The notes below the pieces were generated by a model. That model did not search any database and was not told the origin of the DNA. It saw only the letters and a program-made list of their open reading frames with translations. Shown here in pieces: positions 35,201-48,462 of a stretch of 64,000 bases of DNA; position 1 is the stretch's first letter; each line of letters begins with the position of its first letter. Both the position numbers and the translations under genes were made by a program. The stretch is taken from NCBI RefSeq assembly GCF_964213995.1, contig NC_135815.1, forward strand, positions 10,354,001 through 10,418,000, in the 5' to 3' direction. This DNA is from Mustelus asterias (taxonomy: Eukaryota).

Positions 35201-36462
35201 TGTTGGTTGGTATTTGATTTTCATGGAAAAATGGAGTTGCGGAATGCAGTACCCAGATCCAGTAATAATATAAATGGAATTTACTGATTCATGAACTAAT
35301 TAGGATATCAACATGCAACTGATGGAACATGGGATAATGATAACTCCTGTTATTTTAGCATTGCTCCCTTGCCAACCCCTTGCAGTTTAAATGCTCCCCA
35401 AATCGCTCTTTGTTTGGTGAATACAGTTTCTGTGGGATGTACTGGAGATTAGGGGGAATGCCGAAAGTGTTATTATAGCATGACTCAAGCTAACAAATCA
35501 GTGTGCAATCTGGAATATCCAGTTACATCTACACACTGGACTGACTGCACCTCACTGTTCCAGTAATCATCTTCATCTCCGCTTCCTGTGTCCTGCCTGT
35601 ACTTCTTATGCGTTTTATGTTTTTAAATAATCCAACTGAAGTCTCCCGTGATTAACCATTGGAATAACGTTCCCTCTAAGTGATGCTTCTAGCAGTGGCA
35701 GTTGTCACCCTGCCCCTGCTTTCTTGACACCAAAGACATGCGGAACATGACATTTTTCCCTTATTTCAGGAATATCTGTCTGAAAGGATGGCCGGGGGGG
35801 GGGGGGTGGGGGGTGCAGTGGGAGACGGGGGAGGGGTGCGCGATGGGGAGGGGAATGAGTGCAATCAACCTGGGTGGGCAGAATCGTAACATCACCTCTA
35901 AGCACAAATCATCTTCGAGAATCACTGTCTTAATAGCACAAACATACAGGCATTACAAGCGGAACATGAAAAGCTGAGGTCAAGGGCTAAAGGGCATTTA
36001 GCAGCTTTATGTTTCCAGCGTTACTCAGAGGAGTACTTATTGAAGCAGTTTTTACATTACATTCTTGTGCGGCACTTAAACACACGCAGCTTGAGCAGAC
36101 AAAGTTATTTCCTTAAAGGTTCACTGGCTGAAATTTTATTTGAAAATTAAATCAGAGGAACCAATTTTGTCATGGTCATGCTACATTCAAGACAACGCCA
36201 GGTACCTGTTTCAGAGGTGATTTAAGCTGTTGGGTTGGAGCTTTGTAAAACAAGTGTTTGTTGAAGGCTTTGGATTTGGGTTGCTACTGGGCTTTGTCCT
36301 GAAGGTAAAGCCGCTTAAACCCTGGGGAACGCACCATTTGGTCGGAGTCTTCTGAAGTTACGGTGAATGATTGGGAGAAATTTGATGCCATTCTTAGAAA
36401 AAAACATTATATAAAGGCAATGCCCCCTTATCGACCTCAGAGTGTCTCAAAGCACTTACAAC

Positions 36463-36762
36463 ATGGTGGCACAGTGGTTAGCACTTTTGCCTCACAGCAC
36501 TAGGGACCTGTATTCGTTTCCTGGCTTGGGTCGCTGTCTGTGCGGACACTGCACATTCTCCCCGTGTCTGCGTGGGTTTCCCCCGGGTGCTCCGGTTTCC
36601 TCCCACAGTCCGAAAGACGTGCTGATTAGGTGTATTGTCCATGCTAAATTCTCCCTCAGTGTACCCGAACAGGCGCCGGAGTGTGGTGACGAGGGGATTT
36701 TCACAGTAACTTCATTGCAGTGTTAATGTAAGCATACTTGTGATTAAGAAATAAACTTTAAC
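36463..36762 (+). mobile_element. V-SINE type B
   Basis: Full-length copy. Confidence 0.85.
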
Positions 36763-37464
36763 CTTATGGCTAATGAAATTTTAGTCACTGTTAAAATGAA
36801 AGAACTGTCATCGCCAACTTAGATCCAACAAATTTCCTGCGTGCATTAATGTTGAAGAAAGACCAGTTAATCTGTTTCATTAGTGATGTTGTTTGAGGGA
36901 TAAATATTGACCAGGGCACTGGGGAAGGCTCCCCTCCTCTTCTTTGGAATGGTGCATGGGAAATTGTACAACAGCAAAGAGGGCAGATGGGAGCTCAGTT
37001 TAACATCTCATCTAGATTATGTACTCAAACACAGAGAGTGAGACTTGAACCCACAACATAACACCAAGTCGTGGGTGACAAGTGCTGACAGGTACTGAAG
37101 CATGAACTCTCCCTGACCAGGTCAGGAGGTTTTCCCTCGCAGTCTGTTGCTTCCTAACTTTATTCTGTCTGTCTCGATTTTTAAAAGCCCCTGTTTCTGA
37201 GTGCAAGAGTTCAAAAGAGTTTCGTCAACAGCAAATTGCTCTTTTGCTGAACGATCGGACAATGAAAAATAAATCGCCAATTGTTTAGTCTCTTAGAAAG
37301 AACACTGATGGAATCGCAAGTCTTGTTCCAAACCTTCTCGGCAGTGTTTGCTTGGAAAGCATTTTAAAATTGTTTATGTGGTGATTTTGAATCTGAGTGA
37401 TGGTCTCCATTAGGTGAAATTGGATCAGTCCTGTAAGACATCCCTCCCAATCTTCATTTCCATT

Positions 37465-38760
37465 GACATGCTGTGGGCTGTCAGCAGCAGCAGAACTGGA
37501 AAGAACCACAATCTGTAACCTCGTGGCCCGGCATATCCCCAACTCTACCATCACCACCAAGCTCGGGGAGCAACCCTGGTTCAATGAAGAGTGCAGGAGG
37601 GTATGACTAAGAGCAACACCAGGCACACCTAAAAATGAGGTGTCAACCTGGTGAAGCTGCAACACAGAGTGTGACAAGACTGCAAAAGCAGCATATAATG
37701 GACAGAGCTAAGCAATCTCAAAGCCAAAGGATCAGATCTCAGCTCTGCTGTCCTGCCACATTCAGTCACCAATGGTGGTGGATAATTGAACATCTCACTG
37801 GAGGAGGAGACTCCACATTTATCCCCATTCTTAGTGATCGGGGAGCCAAGGACATCAGTGCAAAAGTCAAGGCTGAAACGTTTGCAACAATCTTCAGCCA
37901 GAAGTGCCGAGTGGACTATCCATTTTAATCACTTCCTGAAGTCCTCTGCATCACTGATGCCAGTCTTCAGCCAATTCGATTCATTCCACGTGGTATCCAA
38001 AAATGGCTGAAGGCATTGAATATTGCAATGTCTATGGGCCCTGACAATATTCATAGAAACCATAGAAACCCTACAGTGCAGAAGGAGGCCATTCGGCCCA
38101 TCGAGTCTGCACCGACCACAATCCCACTCAGGCCCTACCCCCACATATTTACCCGCTAATCTACACATCCCAGGACTCTAAGGGGCAATTTTTAACCTGC
38201 ACATCTTTGGACTGTGGGAGGAAACCGGAGCACCCGGAGGAAACCCACGCAGACACGAGGAGAATGTGCAAACTCCACACAGACAGTGACCCGAGCCGGG
38301 AATCGAACCCAGGTCCTTGGAGCTGTGAAGCAGCAGTGCTAACCACTGTGCTACCGTGCCGCCCTATTCTGGCAATAATACTGAAGATGTGCTCCAGAAC
38401 TTGCCGCGCCCCTAACCAAGTTATTCCAGTGCAGCTACAGCACTGGCGTCTACCCAGCAATGTGCAAAATTGCCCAGGTATGTCCTGTACATAACAAATA
38501 GGACAAACCCAACCCGGCCAGTTACCGCCCCATCGGTCTGCTCTCGATCATCGGTAAAGTGATGGAAAGGGTCACAGACAGTGCTAGCAATTACTCAGGA
38601 ATAACCATCTCAGTGAGGCTCAGTTTGGGTTCTTTCAGAACCACTCCACTTCTGACCTCATTACAGCCTTGGTCCAAACGTGGACAAAAGAGCTGAACTC
38701 AAGAGGGGAGGTGAAAGTGCCTTTGACATCAAGGCAACAATTCACCAAATGTGGCATCAA
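37465..38760 (+). mobile_element. Degenerate LINE ORF2 (pre-RT/RT region) split by an HE1
   Basis: PWFNEECRR, KAETFATIFSQKCRV, GPDNI, YRPIGLLSIIGKVME, QFGF, LVQTWTKEL, DIKATIHQMWH. Confidence 0.75.
38053..38364 (-). mobile_element. HE1 V-SINE (type A) with 5-bp TSD
   Basis: TATTC at 38048-38052 and 38365-38369. Confidence 0.9.
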
Positions 38761-39177
38761 AAATCCCCCTCCCACGGCATGTTTTGTGGCAGCGGAGGTG
38801 GCCCACCATGGACTGGCAGTGAGATCTTCCGGTCCCACGATTGTCAACAGGAGTCACCATCGGCGGGTCTGGAAGAACCGGCTGGCAGAATCAGCTGGAA
38901 AATTCCACCCTCACTTTGTTTCTCTCTCCAGAGATGCTGCCTGAACTGCTGGGTTTTTCAGCACTTCCTGGTTTTGGAGGCACCAGCTTTCGCTACACTT
39001 CCTAGCAAGGGTATTGAGCTGTTAAAATTGATGATATCCTAGCCATAATCTTTAGATAATCCTCAGAAAGGTGAATAGTGCCAGTGGATTAGATAAAGTA
39101 TTTCAAATAACATTTAAATAGATTGGTGCCTGGAGTTTCTGCTTCGGGGTGTAATCAGTAAAATGCACCCAGTGTAG

Positions 39178-39560
39178 GATTTGATTTGATTTATTATTGT
39201 CACATGTATTAGTATACAGTGAAAAGTATTGTTTCTTGCACACTATACAGACAAAGCATACCATTCATAGAGAAGGAAAGGCAGGGTACAGAATGTAGTG
39301 TTACAGTCATAGTTAGGGTGCAGAGACAGATCAACTTAATGCAAGGTAGGTCCATTCAAAAGTCTGATGGCAGCAGGGAAGAAGCTGTTCTTGAGTCGGT
39401 CGGTACGTGACCTCAGACTTTTGTATCTTTTTCCTGATGGAAGAAGGTGGAAGAGAGAATGTCCGGGGTACGTGGGGTCCTTAATTATGCTGACTGCTTT
39501 GCCGAGGCAGCAGGAAGTGTAGACAGAGTCAATGGATGGGAGGCTGGTTTGCGTGACGGA
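39178..39560 (-). mobile_element. Rex1/Babar 3' end
   Basis: SLPSIDSVYTS..KAVSIIKDPTYPGHSLFHLLPSGKRYKSLRSRTDRLKNSFFPAAIRLLN. Confidence 0.88.
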
Positions 39561-39796
39561 TTGACTTTGCTGAGGTGGATTTACATTTAAACTTTCTGCC
39601 CAAATTGAACAGCATAGACCCAAATGTAACATGTCAGCGCAATCAAACAATTACTGACTGGAACCTCAGACTGACTGAATTTAAATTTGTTTAGAATACT
39701 TATAGGATAAGTAAACAGATCTGAGCATGACTTCAGCTGGTCATTGCAACCATGGATTAATGTGTCCATTAGATCCTGTATGACAAGATTTTGGGC

Positions 39797-39973
39797 ATAG
39801 AATTATAGAATCCCTACAGTGCAGAAGGAGGCCATTCAGCCCATCGGGTCTGCACTGACCATAATCCCACCCAGGCCCCATTCCCGTAACCCCTCATATT
39901 TACCCTGCTAATCCCCCTGACACTAGGGTTAATTTAGCATGGCCAATTAACCTAACCTGCACATCTTTGGACT
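39797..39973 (-). mobile_element. HE1 V-SINE 3' half
   Basis: Core end and tail. Confidence 0.8.
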
Positions 39974-40011
39974 GATTTGATAAACACCCCATATCAGGCG
40001 TAATTGGTTCT

Positions 40012-40368
40012 GGGGAGAGGCAATGGTCTAGTGGTATTTTCGCTGGACTATTAATCCAGAACCTCAGATAATGTTCTGGGGACCAGGGTTCGAATCCCAC
40101 ACAGCAGATGGTGGAATTTGAATTCAGTAAAAGATATCTGGAATTAAGAATCTACTGATGACCGTGAAACCATTGCCAATTGTCAGAAAAACCCATCTGG
40201 TTCACTAATGTCCTTTAGGGAAGGAAATCTGCTGTCCTTATCCGGTCTGGCCCACATGTGACTCCAGAGCCACAGCAATGTGGGTGACTCCCAACTGCCC
40301 TCCAAGGGCAACTAGGGATGGGCAGTAAATGCTGGCCAGCCACGGACACCCATGTCCCACGAAGGAAT
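40012..40368 (+). mobile_element. tRNA-derived SINE, family 2
   Basis: A box TGGTCTAGTGG, B box GGTTCGAATCCC. Confidence 0.85.
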
Positions 40369-41147
40369 GGTGAAAATTGGTCAGCTTTCTGGGCATTGGG
40401 CGGATGTGCCAAGCCCTAACCTTTTATTTAAAATAATGCACAATTGACTGTAGGATTTCGCTGGGATAAGTAAGCAGGAATTGTCCCCACAGGTAAGAGA
40501 TTGGGTCAACAGAGGCCACAGATTAATCGCTCCTCCGTTGTCGTGAGCTATGACGAGACAACCTTCAGATTGTTAACGCTGGGGAAGGGAAAGACTCAGG
40601 GGAACTGTTATCTGAGTATTTAAAGTTCTTAAGAGAATCACTCAATTGAACGCTGATAGTACACCTGAGGCTACCACAAAGCCTAGGGCTAGATCCCACA
40701 GGCTCAATCTTGGAAGAGTGACAGTTTGGATAAAATTATTTTGTGTAGATGTTAGTAGAGGTGTAGAGTAGACTGTCCAGGAAGGTAACAGAGGCAGATA
40801 ATGTGGAAGTAGCTAAATATCTGAGGGTGTGATTGGTGAGAGGGATTAGTTCTTGGAATTGGCCTTAGGGACTGTCGTCTTTTCTGGCTCTGGTCCTTCC
40901 AATGTCCTAAACTCTCACAAGCTTCCCTCAAACTTCAATTAAAATCTCAAAAAATGTGGAAGAAAATATCTTTAACGTTGCTCTAGATATATCCTATTCC
41001 ATTTACAATTACTCTGTAAACCATTCCAATGGGCATTTAATATTAAAGTGTCCACTCTTTCTAACACCAGAGGGTAGAGCTCTGATAAGATTCCAAATGA
41101 TAATCTTTTGAGCTTCTCACATCTCCTGTGTGGCTCGGCATAAACTA

Positions 41148-41470
41148 GGGAAGCGATGGCATAGTGGCATTGTCACTGGACTAGTAATCCATAGACCCAA
41201 GGTAATGTCTCTGGGTTCTAATCCCACCAGTGCAGATGGTGAAATTTGAAGGCATTTAAAATCTGGAATTAAATGTCTACTGATGCATTGTCGGAAAAAC
41301 CCATCTGGTTCACTGATGTCCTTTAGGGAAGGAAATCTGCCATTCTGACCTGGGCTGGTCTATACGTGACTCCTGACCCCCAGCAATGTGGTTGACTCTA
41401 AAATGCAGTCGAGGACAATTAGGGATGGGCAATAAATGCTGGCTTGGCCTCATCTCATGAATGAATAAAA
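41148..41470 (+). mobile_element. tRNA-derived SINE, family 2
   Basis: Head, body and tail. Confidence 0.8.
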
Positions 41471-42109
41471 ACATCTATCATCTTCAAATATTCTCTGAAA
41501 AGTTTTCATCTGCTATTTTTTGTTCTCAGTAACTGATAGGTTTACTGTCCAGAATAAGGTGCAAAAAATTACATATTTCACAATTATTTATTTATCCAGT
41601 TAATCAAAAGTGAGGAAACATTCCATTTCTCTCCTGTCTTCCACTCCTGAAATGCCAGGATGTTAAGGCCTCTGATAGCTCACCACATGGTCATGTTATT
41701 TACCATGGCAATGTGCTATAGTTCACTCAGGGAGCTCGAGTCGCTGTGGCAATGTACACTCTGACATGCACGTTATGACCTGGAGCTTTGGATAGCGATG
41801 GTAGAGTCGCCAATGATTTTCCATCCTATGGCTGAGCAGGAATCTCTCCCGCTCTAACCACCCGCTGTAGGCAGGTGTTGGGAACATTTACAGCTTGATA
41901 CCCAACTTGTTTGGTCACGTTATGAACATGCGTTCCTTCGCCATCAAGTCCTACGGTGGGACCCCAAACCCGGAGCTTCTGGCAGTGAGGCGCCCCACTG
42001 CACCTCAAAACCAACCCTAGGTTTTGCTATGGACTACAGAACAATGCTGACTTCACCTCATCTGACCAGATACAAATAAGGAAGGCGGATAGCGGAGAGA
42101 AGAAGAATT

Positions 42110-42345
42110 TTTTTATTCATTCATGAGACATGGTCATCGCTGGCTGGCCAGCATTTATTACCCATCGCTAGTTACCCTTGGAGGGCAGTTGAGAGTCAAC
42201 CACATTGCTGTGGCTTTGGAGTCACATATAGGCCAGACCAGGTAAGGATGGCAAATTTCCTTCCCTGAAGGACATTAGTGAACCAGATGGGTTTTTCTGA
42301 CAATCAACAATGGTTTCATGGTCATCAATAGATTCTTAACTCCAG
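42110..42345 (-). mobile_element. tRNA-derived SINE, family 2 (3' part)
   Basis: Body and tail. Confidence 0.8.
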
Positions 42346-42560
42346 AATTGCTGAGTGATTTCCCCTAACTCTATGCCGCAGAGAACTTAAGAAATTGCAG
42401 TGTTCCTAATCCACCTGGAATCAGTTAGGAGATAAAGAAACTTGCATTCATTCAGCCGTGATTCTGTAAGGAGCATTCTTCCCTCTGAGTACCAAAGCTG
42501 AGTCCCAAAGTTCAAGCCACATTCCAGCACCAAAGTCTCCACTGACACTCCAGTACCGTG

Positions 42561-42734
42561 ATGTGGAGATGCCAGCGTTGGACTGGGGTGAACACAGTAA
42601 GAGTTTTAACAACACCAGGTTAAAGTCCAACAGGTTTATTTGGTAGCAAATGCCATTAGCTTTCAGAGCGCTGCTCCTTCATCAGATGGAGTGGAAATCT
42701 GCTCTCAAACAGGGCACAGAGACACAAAAAATAA
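42561..42734 (-). mobile_element. Penelope-like terminal fragment with 12-bp TSD
   Basis: Same sequence family as 26001-26152; TCCAGTACCGTG at 42549-42560 and 42735-42746. Confidence 0.8.
42653..42689 (-). ncRNA. Minimal type I hammerhead ribozyme motif
   Basis: CCAU-CUGAUGA-A-GGAGC-AGC-GCUCU-GAAA-GC-UA-AUGG: intact core, stems I and II pair, palindromic AGCU stem III. Confidence 0.6.
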
Positions 42735-43084
42735 TCCAGTACCGTGCCAGGGGAGTGCTGCACCATTGGAGGTCTGTTGGACGAGATGTTTAACTGAGGT
42801 CTCATCTGCCTGATTGGGTGGATGTAAAAGATCCCATGGCAGAATTTGAAAGTTAGCCCTGGTGTCCTGGCCGATATTTATCCATCAATCAACATCGCAG
42901 AAAGAAACAGATGAGTTGACTCTTTGCAGTTTGTGGGACGGTCCAAGATTTTTAAACCTGTATTGACAAACCATTGATCCCAAGGGTTTTGGATCTGTGG
43001 AATTCGTTGTCTCAGAGAGACATGGATGCTCTGTTGTTGTTCAAGACCAATGCAGATAGACTTTTGGATGCGAGAGAAATGAAA

Positions 43085-43535
43085 GGCGGCACGGTGGCAC
43101 AGTGGGTGGCACAGTGGCACAATGGTTAGCACTGCTGCCTCACAGCACCAGGGACCTGGTTTCGATTCACGGCTTGGGTCACTGTCTGTGCAGAGTTTGC
43201 ACATTCTCCCCATGTCTGCGTGGGTTTCCTCCGGATGCTCCTATTCCCTCCCATAGTCGAAGGATGTGCTGGTTAGGTGGATTGGCCATGCTAAATTGAC
43301 AAAAGGTAATCTGGACTCGAAACGTCAGTTCTTTTCCCTCCTTACAGATGCTGCCAGTCCTGCTGAGATTTTCCAGCATTTTCTCTTTTGGATGCTAAAT
43401 CGCCCCTTAGTGTCAGGGGAACTAGCTAGTGTAAATGCATGGGGTTATGAAGATAGGGCCTGGGTGGAATTGTGGTCAGTGCAGACTTGATGGTCCGAAT
43501 GGCCTCCTTCTGCACTGTAGGATTCTATGATTCTA
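43085..43535 (+). mobile_element. HE1 V-SINE (type A) with a Penelope-like insertion at 43297-43391
   Basis: Insertion flanked by ATGCTAAAT at 43288-43296 and 43392-43400. Confidence 0.85.
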
Positions 43536-44509
43536 TAAGGGATATGTGGATAGTTCAAGAAGGTGAAGTTGAGGTAGATACTTAATAAACAAGGGGTGAA
43601 ATGTTAGGCAGGGTTGTCGGGTTGAGGTTCCAATCAGATCAGCCACAATCTTATTGAATGGTGGAACAGGCTCGAGGGGCCAAGTGTCCTCCTTCCTTTT
43701 CTTATGTTCTGAAGTTCTTATTAGGAAGCTGAGGCCATAATGGTCCTCACCCAAATTTCACTTCCTCCCCCAGCTCCCCCATCCCTGAACTTTGATCAGG
43801 AATGGGAATGCTGGACTTTTCCGTCCTCACTCCCAATTTCTTGCGTACGGACTAACAGCCTCTGCCACCCCAGATCAAATCAATAAAGTTACAAGGGATG
43901 GAACTGAAGCAAAGCTGCACTAAATCAACAATAAAACGATGGGAAGGCAACACTTAGAGACCCGGGTGAACCGCATGCAACCAGCGAGAGACTGAGTGAG
44001 GAGGAGCAGACCAGCAAGAGGACTTCCGCCTGTTATAAACAGTCTTCAGAAAACATCAAACAGCAGTTTACAGACCTGAGATGCAGAGAGACTGTTTACA
44101 AAGGACGGCAACTTGGAGTCATAACAGTTTGAAAAGGTTTGCCATGCACATGGGTCATAAGAGTTGACTTCAAACAACACATCACCATGTTTCAAGCTAA
44201 ACATTAGTAAATACATCGCAGAAACCCAATTTCATTCTAAAGTCCCGCTCCGTCAGTCCCTGAATACATGTGCGTGTCGTCAATATTTACACGGGCCTGA
44301 GAATCAGTGAGCTTGGGTCAAAAACAGGCAAAGACCTGCATTTATATAGCGCCTTTGACTACCACTGGCTATCTCAAAGCTCTTTATAGCCAATGAAGTA
44401 ATTTTTGGAAGTGCAGTCACTGTCATAATGTAGGAAATGCAGAAGTCAATATATGCAGAGTAAGCTCTCGCAAACTGCCATCTGATAATGACCAGAGGAC
44501 AGAGTGACG

Positions 44510-45300
44510 TAGTTGATTTCAAAAGTAGGGAGGTTATGTTCAGGTGTATAGGACATTGGTGTGACCACATCTGGAGTACTGTGTACAATATTAGTCTCTG
44601 ACTCAAGAACAGCTTCTTCCCTGCTGCCATCAGACTTTTGAATGGACCTCCCTCGTATTAAGTTGATCTTTCTCTACACCCCAGCTATGACTATAACACT
44701 ACATTCTGCACTCTCCCCTTTCCTTCTCTATGAACGGTATGTCTTGTCTGTATAGCACGCAAGAAACAATACTTTTCGCTGTATACTAATACATGTGACA
44801 ATGATAAATCAAATCAAATTAAACTCCTTATTTAAGGAAGGATGTAAATGTATTAGAAGCAGTTTAGAGAAGGTTTATTAGACTAATACCTGGAATAGGC
44901 AGGTTGTCTTATGAGGAAAGGTTGGGCAGGCTGGAGTAATCCACTGGAGTTTAGAAGAGTAAGAAGCAGCTTGCTTGAAACCTTTAAGATCCTGAGGGGT
45001 ATTGACAGGGTGGGTGTGGAGAAGATGTTTCTCTTGTCGGAGAATCTAGAACTAGGGGTCACTGTTCAAAAATAAGAGGTTGCTCATTTAAGACAGAGAT
45101 GAGGAGAAATTTTTACTTTCAGACAGTCGTGGGCCCCTGGAACTCTCTTCCTCAGAAGGCAGTGAAAGCAGAGTCATAGCGAGGTAGTTTCACCAGGGGT
45201 GAAAGCAGGAATGTGGGGTTAAGGTTACAATCAGATCAGCCATGATTGAATGGTGGAGCAGGGATTAAGGGTTGAGTAGCCTTCTCCTGCTCCTAATTTG
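44510..45300 (+). mobile_element. CR1 3' fragment interrupted by a Rex1 tail (44598-44820)
   Basis: LV*PHLEYCVQY before the insert; LSYEERL..LEFRR after it. Confidence 0.75.
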
Positions 45301-45686
45301 GATGCTTGTATGTCCACCTGGTATTCCAAAGGTCAAGGCTAATGTTCTGTTGACAAGAGTTCAAATCCCATAACGACAGCTGGTGACATTTAAATTCAAT
45401 TAATAAATCTGGAGTCTCAGTAATGACAACTATCATTGATTGTTGCAGAAAACCCATCTGGTTCACGAATGCCCCCTTCATAGAGTCATCGAGATATACA
45501 GCACGGAAACAGGCCCTTCGGCCCAACTCATCCATGCTGACCAGTTTTCCTGAACTGAACTAGTCCCACTTGCCTGCATTTGGCCCGTATCCCTTTAAAC
45601 CTTTCCCATCCATGTACCTTTCTGGAAGGAAATCTGCCATCCTTACCCAGTGTGGCCCACATGTGACTCCCAGATCCACAGCAATT

Positions 45687-46018
45687 GGGGGCGGCACGGT
45701 GGCACAGTGGTTAGCACTGCTGCCTCACAGCGCCACGGACCCGGGTTCGATTCCGGCTTCGGGTCACTGTCTGTGCGGAGTCTGCACATTCTCCCCGTGT
45801 CTGCGTGGGTTTCCTCCAGGTGCTCCGGTTTCCTCCCACAGTCCATAGATGTGCGGGTTAGGTGGATTGGCCATGCTAAATTGCCCCTTAGTGTCAGGGG
45901 GGCTAGGTAGGGTGCTTGGGGTTATGGGAATAGGGCCTGGGTGCGATTGTGCTTGGTGCAGACTCGATGGGCCAAATGGCCTCCTTCTGCACCGTAGGGA
46001 CTCTATGATTCTATGACT
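45687..46018 (+). mobile_element. HE1 V-SINE (type A), nested in a family-2 SINE (45320-46120)
   Basis: Family-2 body breaks at CCACAGCAAT and resumes after the HE1 tail. Confidence 0.88.
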
Positions 46019-47093
46019 CTTACGTGTCCTCTGAAAAGGCTCAAGCAAACCACTCAGCTCAAGGGCAGTTAGGGATGGACAACAAAAGCTGGCCTTGCCG
46101 GTAACACCCACATCCCATGAAGGAGCTAAAACAAAGGTGACCTGAAAATGTGATGTGGGTTGAGGGCCAAGTATTGGCCAGGACACCAAGGAGCACCCTC
46201 ATGCTTTGCTTCAGGGTAGTACCCCCTGAGAAAGCAGGGGGCATCTCAACTAAACGACAGCAGCCCAAATGTTGTAGCACTGGAGTGCCAGCCTTGATAT
46301 TCGTACTGAAGTCTGGAGTGGGGCAATAAACCCAGGACTTTGTGACTCACAAGGCAGAAGAAGCACAGCTGAAGTGCTTAACCTGGATATCCTTCAAAGC
46401 ATGTTGCACTAGAGAATCCTTGCAGGCTTTCCCTTAATGGGACATTTTTATTGCCTTTTTCAAAGAATGTGCCAGTTGTTATTTGCTTGGGGTTTTTTCT
46501 TTGGCTTTTTACTGTACATTTGCATTCCGGGCGTATGTGCTCAGGATGTAAGCAATCTCTTTTATAATTAAACTCCAGCGGCTCCTACCCTTATCTGTAC
46601 ACAGGAGCTGGCCATGGGTTACACAACGCAGCTGTGTGGCTCGACAGATGAAAGATGTCCACAGTTTACACAGCAAGGGCTGCGTTTAGATGATTGTGTA
46701 TTCAGACGATTCTTACATATTTTACCTGGTTTGTATAAATATTATAAATGACTTAAAAAAAACCAACACAGCTTGTGATTGAAGCGTTAGAGACATCAGC
46801 ACATGTCACAAATCCAACCTCAGGCGAAAACTGCTTCTCCTTGAGTTTCTGAACCACCAAACTAACGTGGTGGATCAGCACCAAAAGGAATGCTTTGAAA
46901 TATGTTATTTGTTAATTTTACTCCACTCTGTAGTTTTCCCTCTCCCACCCTCCTTTTATCTCACACCCTGACCCCCGACCAATTCAACACATCAGGCTAG
47001 GGTTTTTAAAATATTGGATTGTGAACATTACTTATTCGGCCATTTTGTGCTGCCCATCCCAAAATTCCCTTGAGAAGGAGGTGGAGATGGAGG

Positions 47094-47405
47094 AGCAGCA
47101 CGGTGGCACAGTGGTTAGCACTGCTGCCTCACAGCGCCAGGGACCCGGGTTCGATTCCCGGCTCGGGTCACTGTCTGTGTGGAGTTTACACTTTCTCCCC
47201 GTGCCTCCGAGGGTTTCCTCCGGGTGCTCCCGTTTTTCCTCCCACAGTCCAAAAATGTGCAGATTAGGTTGATTGGTCATGCTACATTGCCCCTTAGTGT
47301 CGGGGGGACTAGCTAGGGTACGTGCATGGGGTTTGGGTGGGATTGTGGTCGGTGCAGACTCGATGGGCCGAATGGCCTCCTTCTGCGCTGTAGGGATTCT
47401 ATGAT
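47094..47405 (+). mobile_element. HE1 V-SINE (type A)
   Basis: Full-length copy. Confidence 0.88.
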
Positions 47406-47651
47406 CTGGAATCACTGCAGCTTGTGTGATGTAGATGCACCCACAATGTTGTCAGGAAGGCCTTCTTGCCTCGCTCTTGCTCAACTGGAACATTTGGAAG
47501 GATAATTGTTCGTCGCCCCTTTCAACCAGCCACCTTTTCAAAATTCCCCCATCCCTGCCGCATCTCTTTCTATGGAACGATAACAATATTCCTGGCTCAC
47601 TTTTTCACTTCTCACTCTGAGCTTGATAACCAGACAAAGATAACCTGCATC

Positions 47652-47887
47652 AGGTGAGCAGTGGGGATGTTCGCTGATGATTGTACAATGTTCAGCGCCA
47701 TTCCCGACTCCTCAGATACTGAAGCAGTCCATGTCCATTTGCAGCAAGACCTGGACAACATTCAGGTTTGGGCTGATAAGTGGCAAATCACATTTGCCAC
47801 ACAGAGGGGCCAGGCAATGACTATCTCCAACAAGAGAGAATCTAACCATGTCCCCTTGATATTCAATGGCATTGCCATTGCTGACTC
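47652..47887 (+). mobile_element. LINE RT fragment containing the catalytic motif
   Basis: GMFADDCTMF..LQQDLDNIQVWADKWQITF. Confidence 0.8.
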
Positions 47888-48084
47888 AAGAATTAAAATA
47901 AGTGTTGCGTCATTCTGATGTTCAAAGTGAATTAAAATCAAGCTCACTCCGTACTTTTTCATATCACTTTAGCTGATAATAGAAGCTTCAGCCCTGATGG
48001 TCTTTCCCTGATGTCCTTTACGATGACTACCTCAGGCTTTATCCTCTTCAACTGTCATTTCTTCATCTCTCTTAATTCAAACAC

Positions 48085-48365
48085 ATTGCTGCCTCACCGT
48101 GCCAGGGACCCGGGTTCGATTCCTGGCTTGGGGCACTGTCTGTGCGGAGTCTGCACATTCTCCCCATGTCTGCGTGGGTTTCCTCTGGGTGCTCCGGTTT
48201 CCTCCCACAGTCCGAAAGACGTGCTGGTTGGGTGCATTGGCCATGCTAAATTCTCCCTCAGTGTACCCGAACAGGCGCGAGAGTGTGGCAACTAGGGATT
48301 TTCACAGTAACTTCATTGCAGTGTTAATGTAGGCCCACTTGTGATACCAATAAATAAACTTTAAA
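48085..48365 (+). mobile_element. V-SINE type B
   Basis: Slightly truncated head, core and type B tail. Confidence 0.85.
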
Positions 48366-48462
48366 ACAAAAATTAAAAACCTTTCATCTAGCTCACTTTT
48401 GATGTGTACAAAGATTTTTGGCAGGGTGTGGCATTGTTTCTTCCAAACAAGTTGAGATAGCA

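Larger units (their letters stand above)
42470..42935 (+). mobile_element. Deu-SINE (SacSINE1-like) interrupted by a Penelope-like insertion
   Basis: Deu domain GGGTGGATGTAAAAGATCCCATGGCA..GGTGTCCTGGCCGATATTTATCC. Confidence 0.7.

Noticed and set aside
35794-35852. G-rich tract with G-quadruplex potential (also poly-C at 479-501 and 27930-27950)
   Set aside because: Common low-complexity sequence with no supporting functional context.
40012-40100. tRNA-like A/B boxes here and at other SINE heads
   Set aside because: They run directly into SINE bodies and no complete cloverleaf is evident, so they are not tRNA genes.
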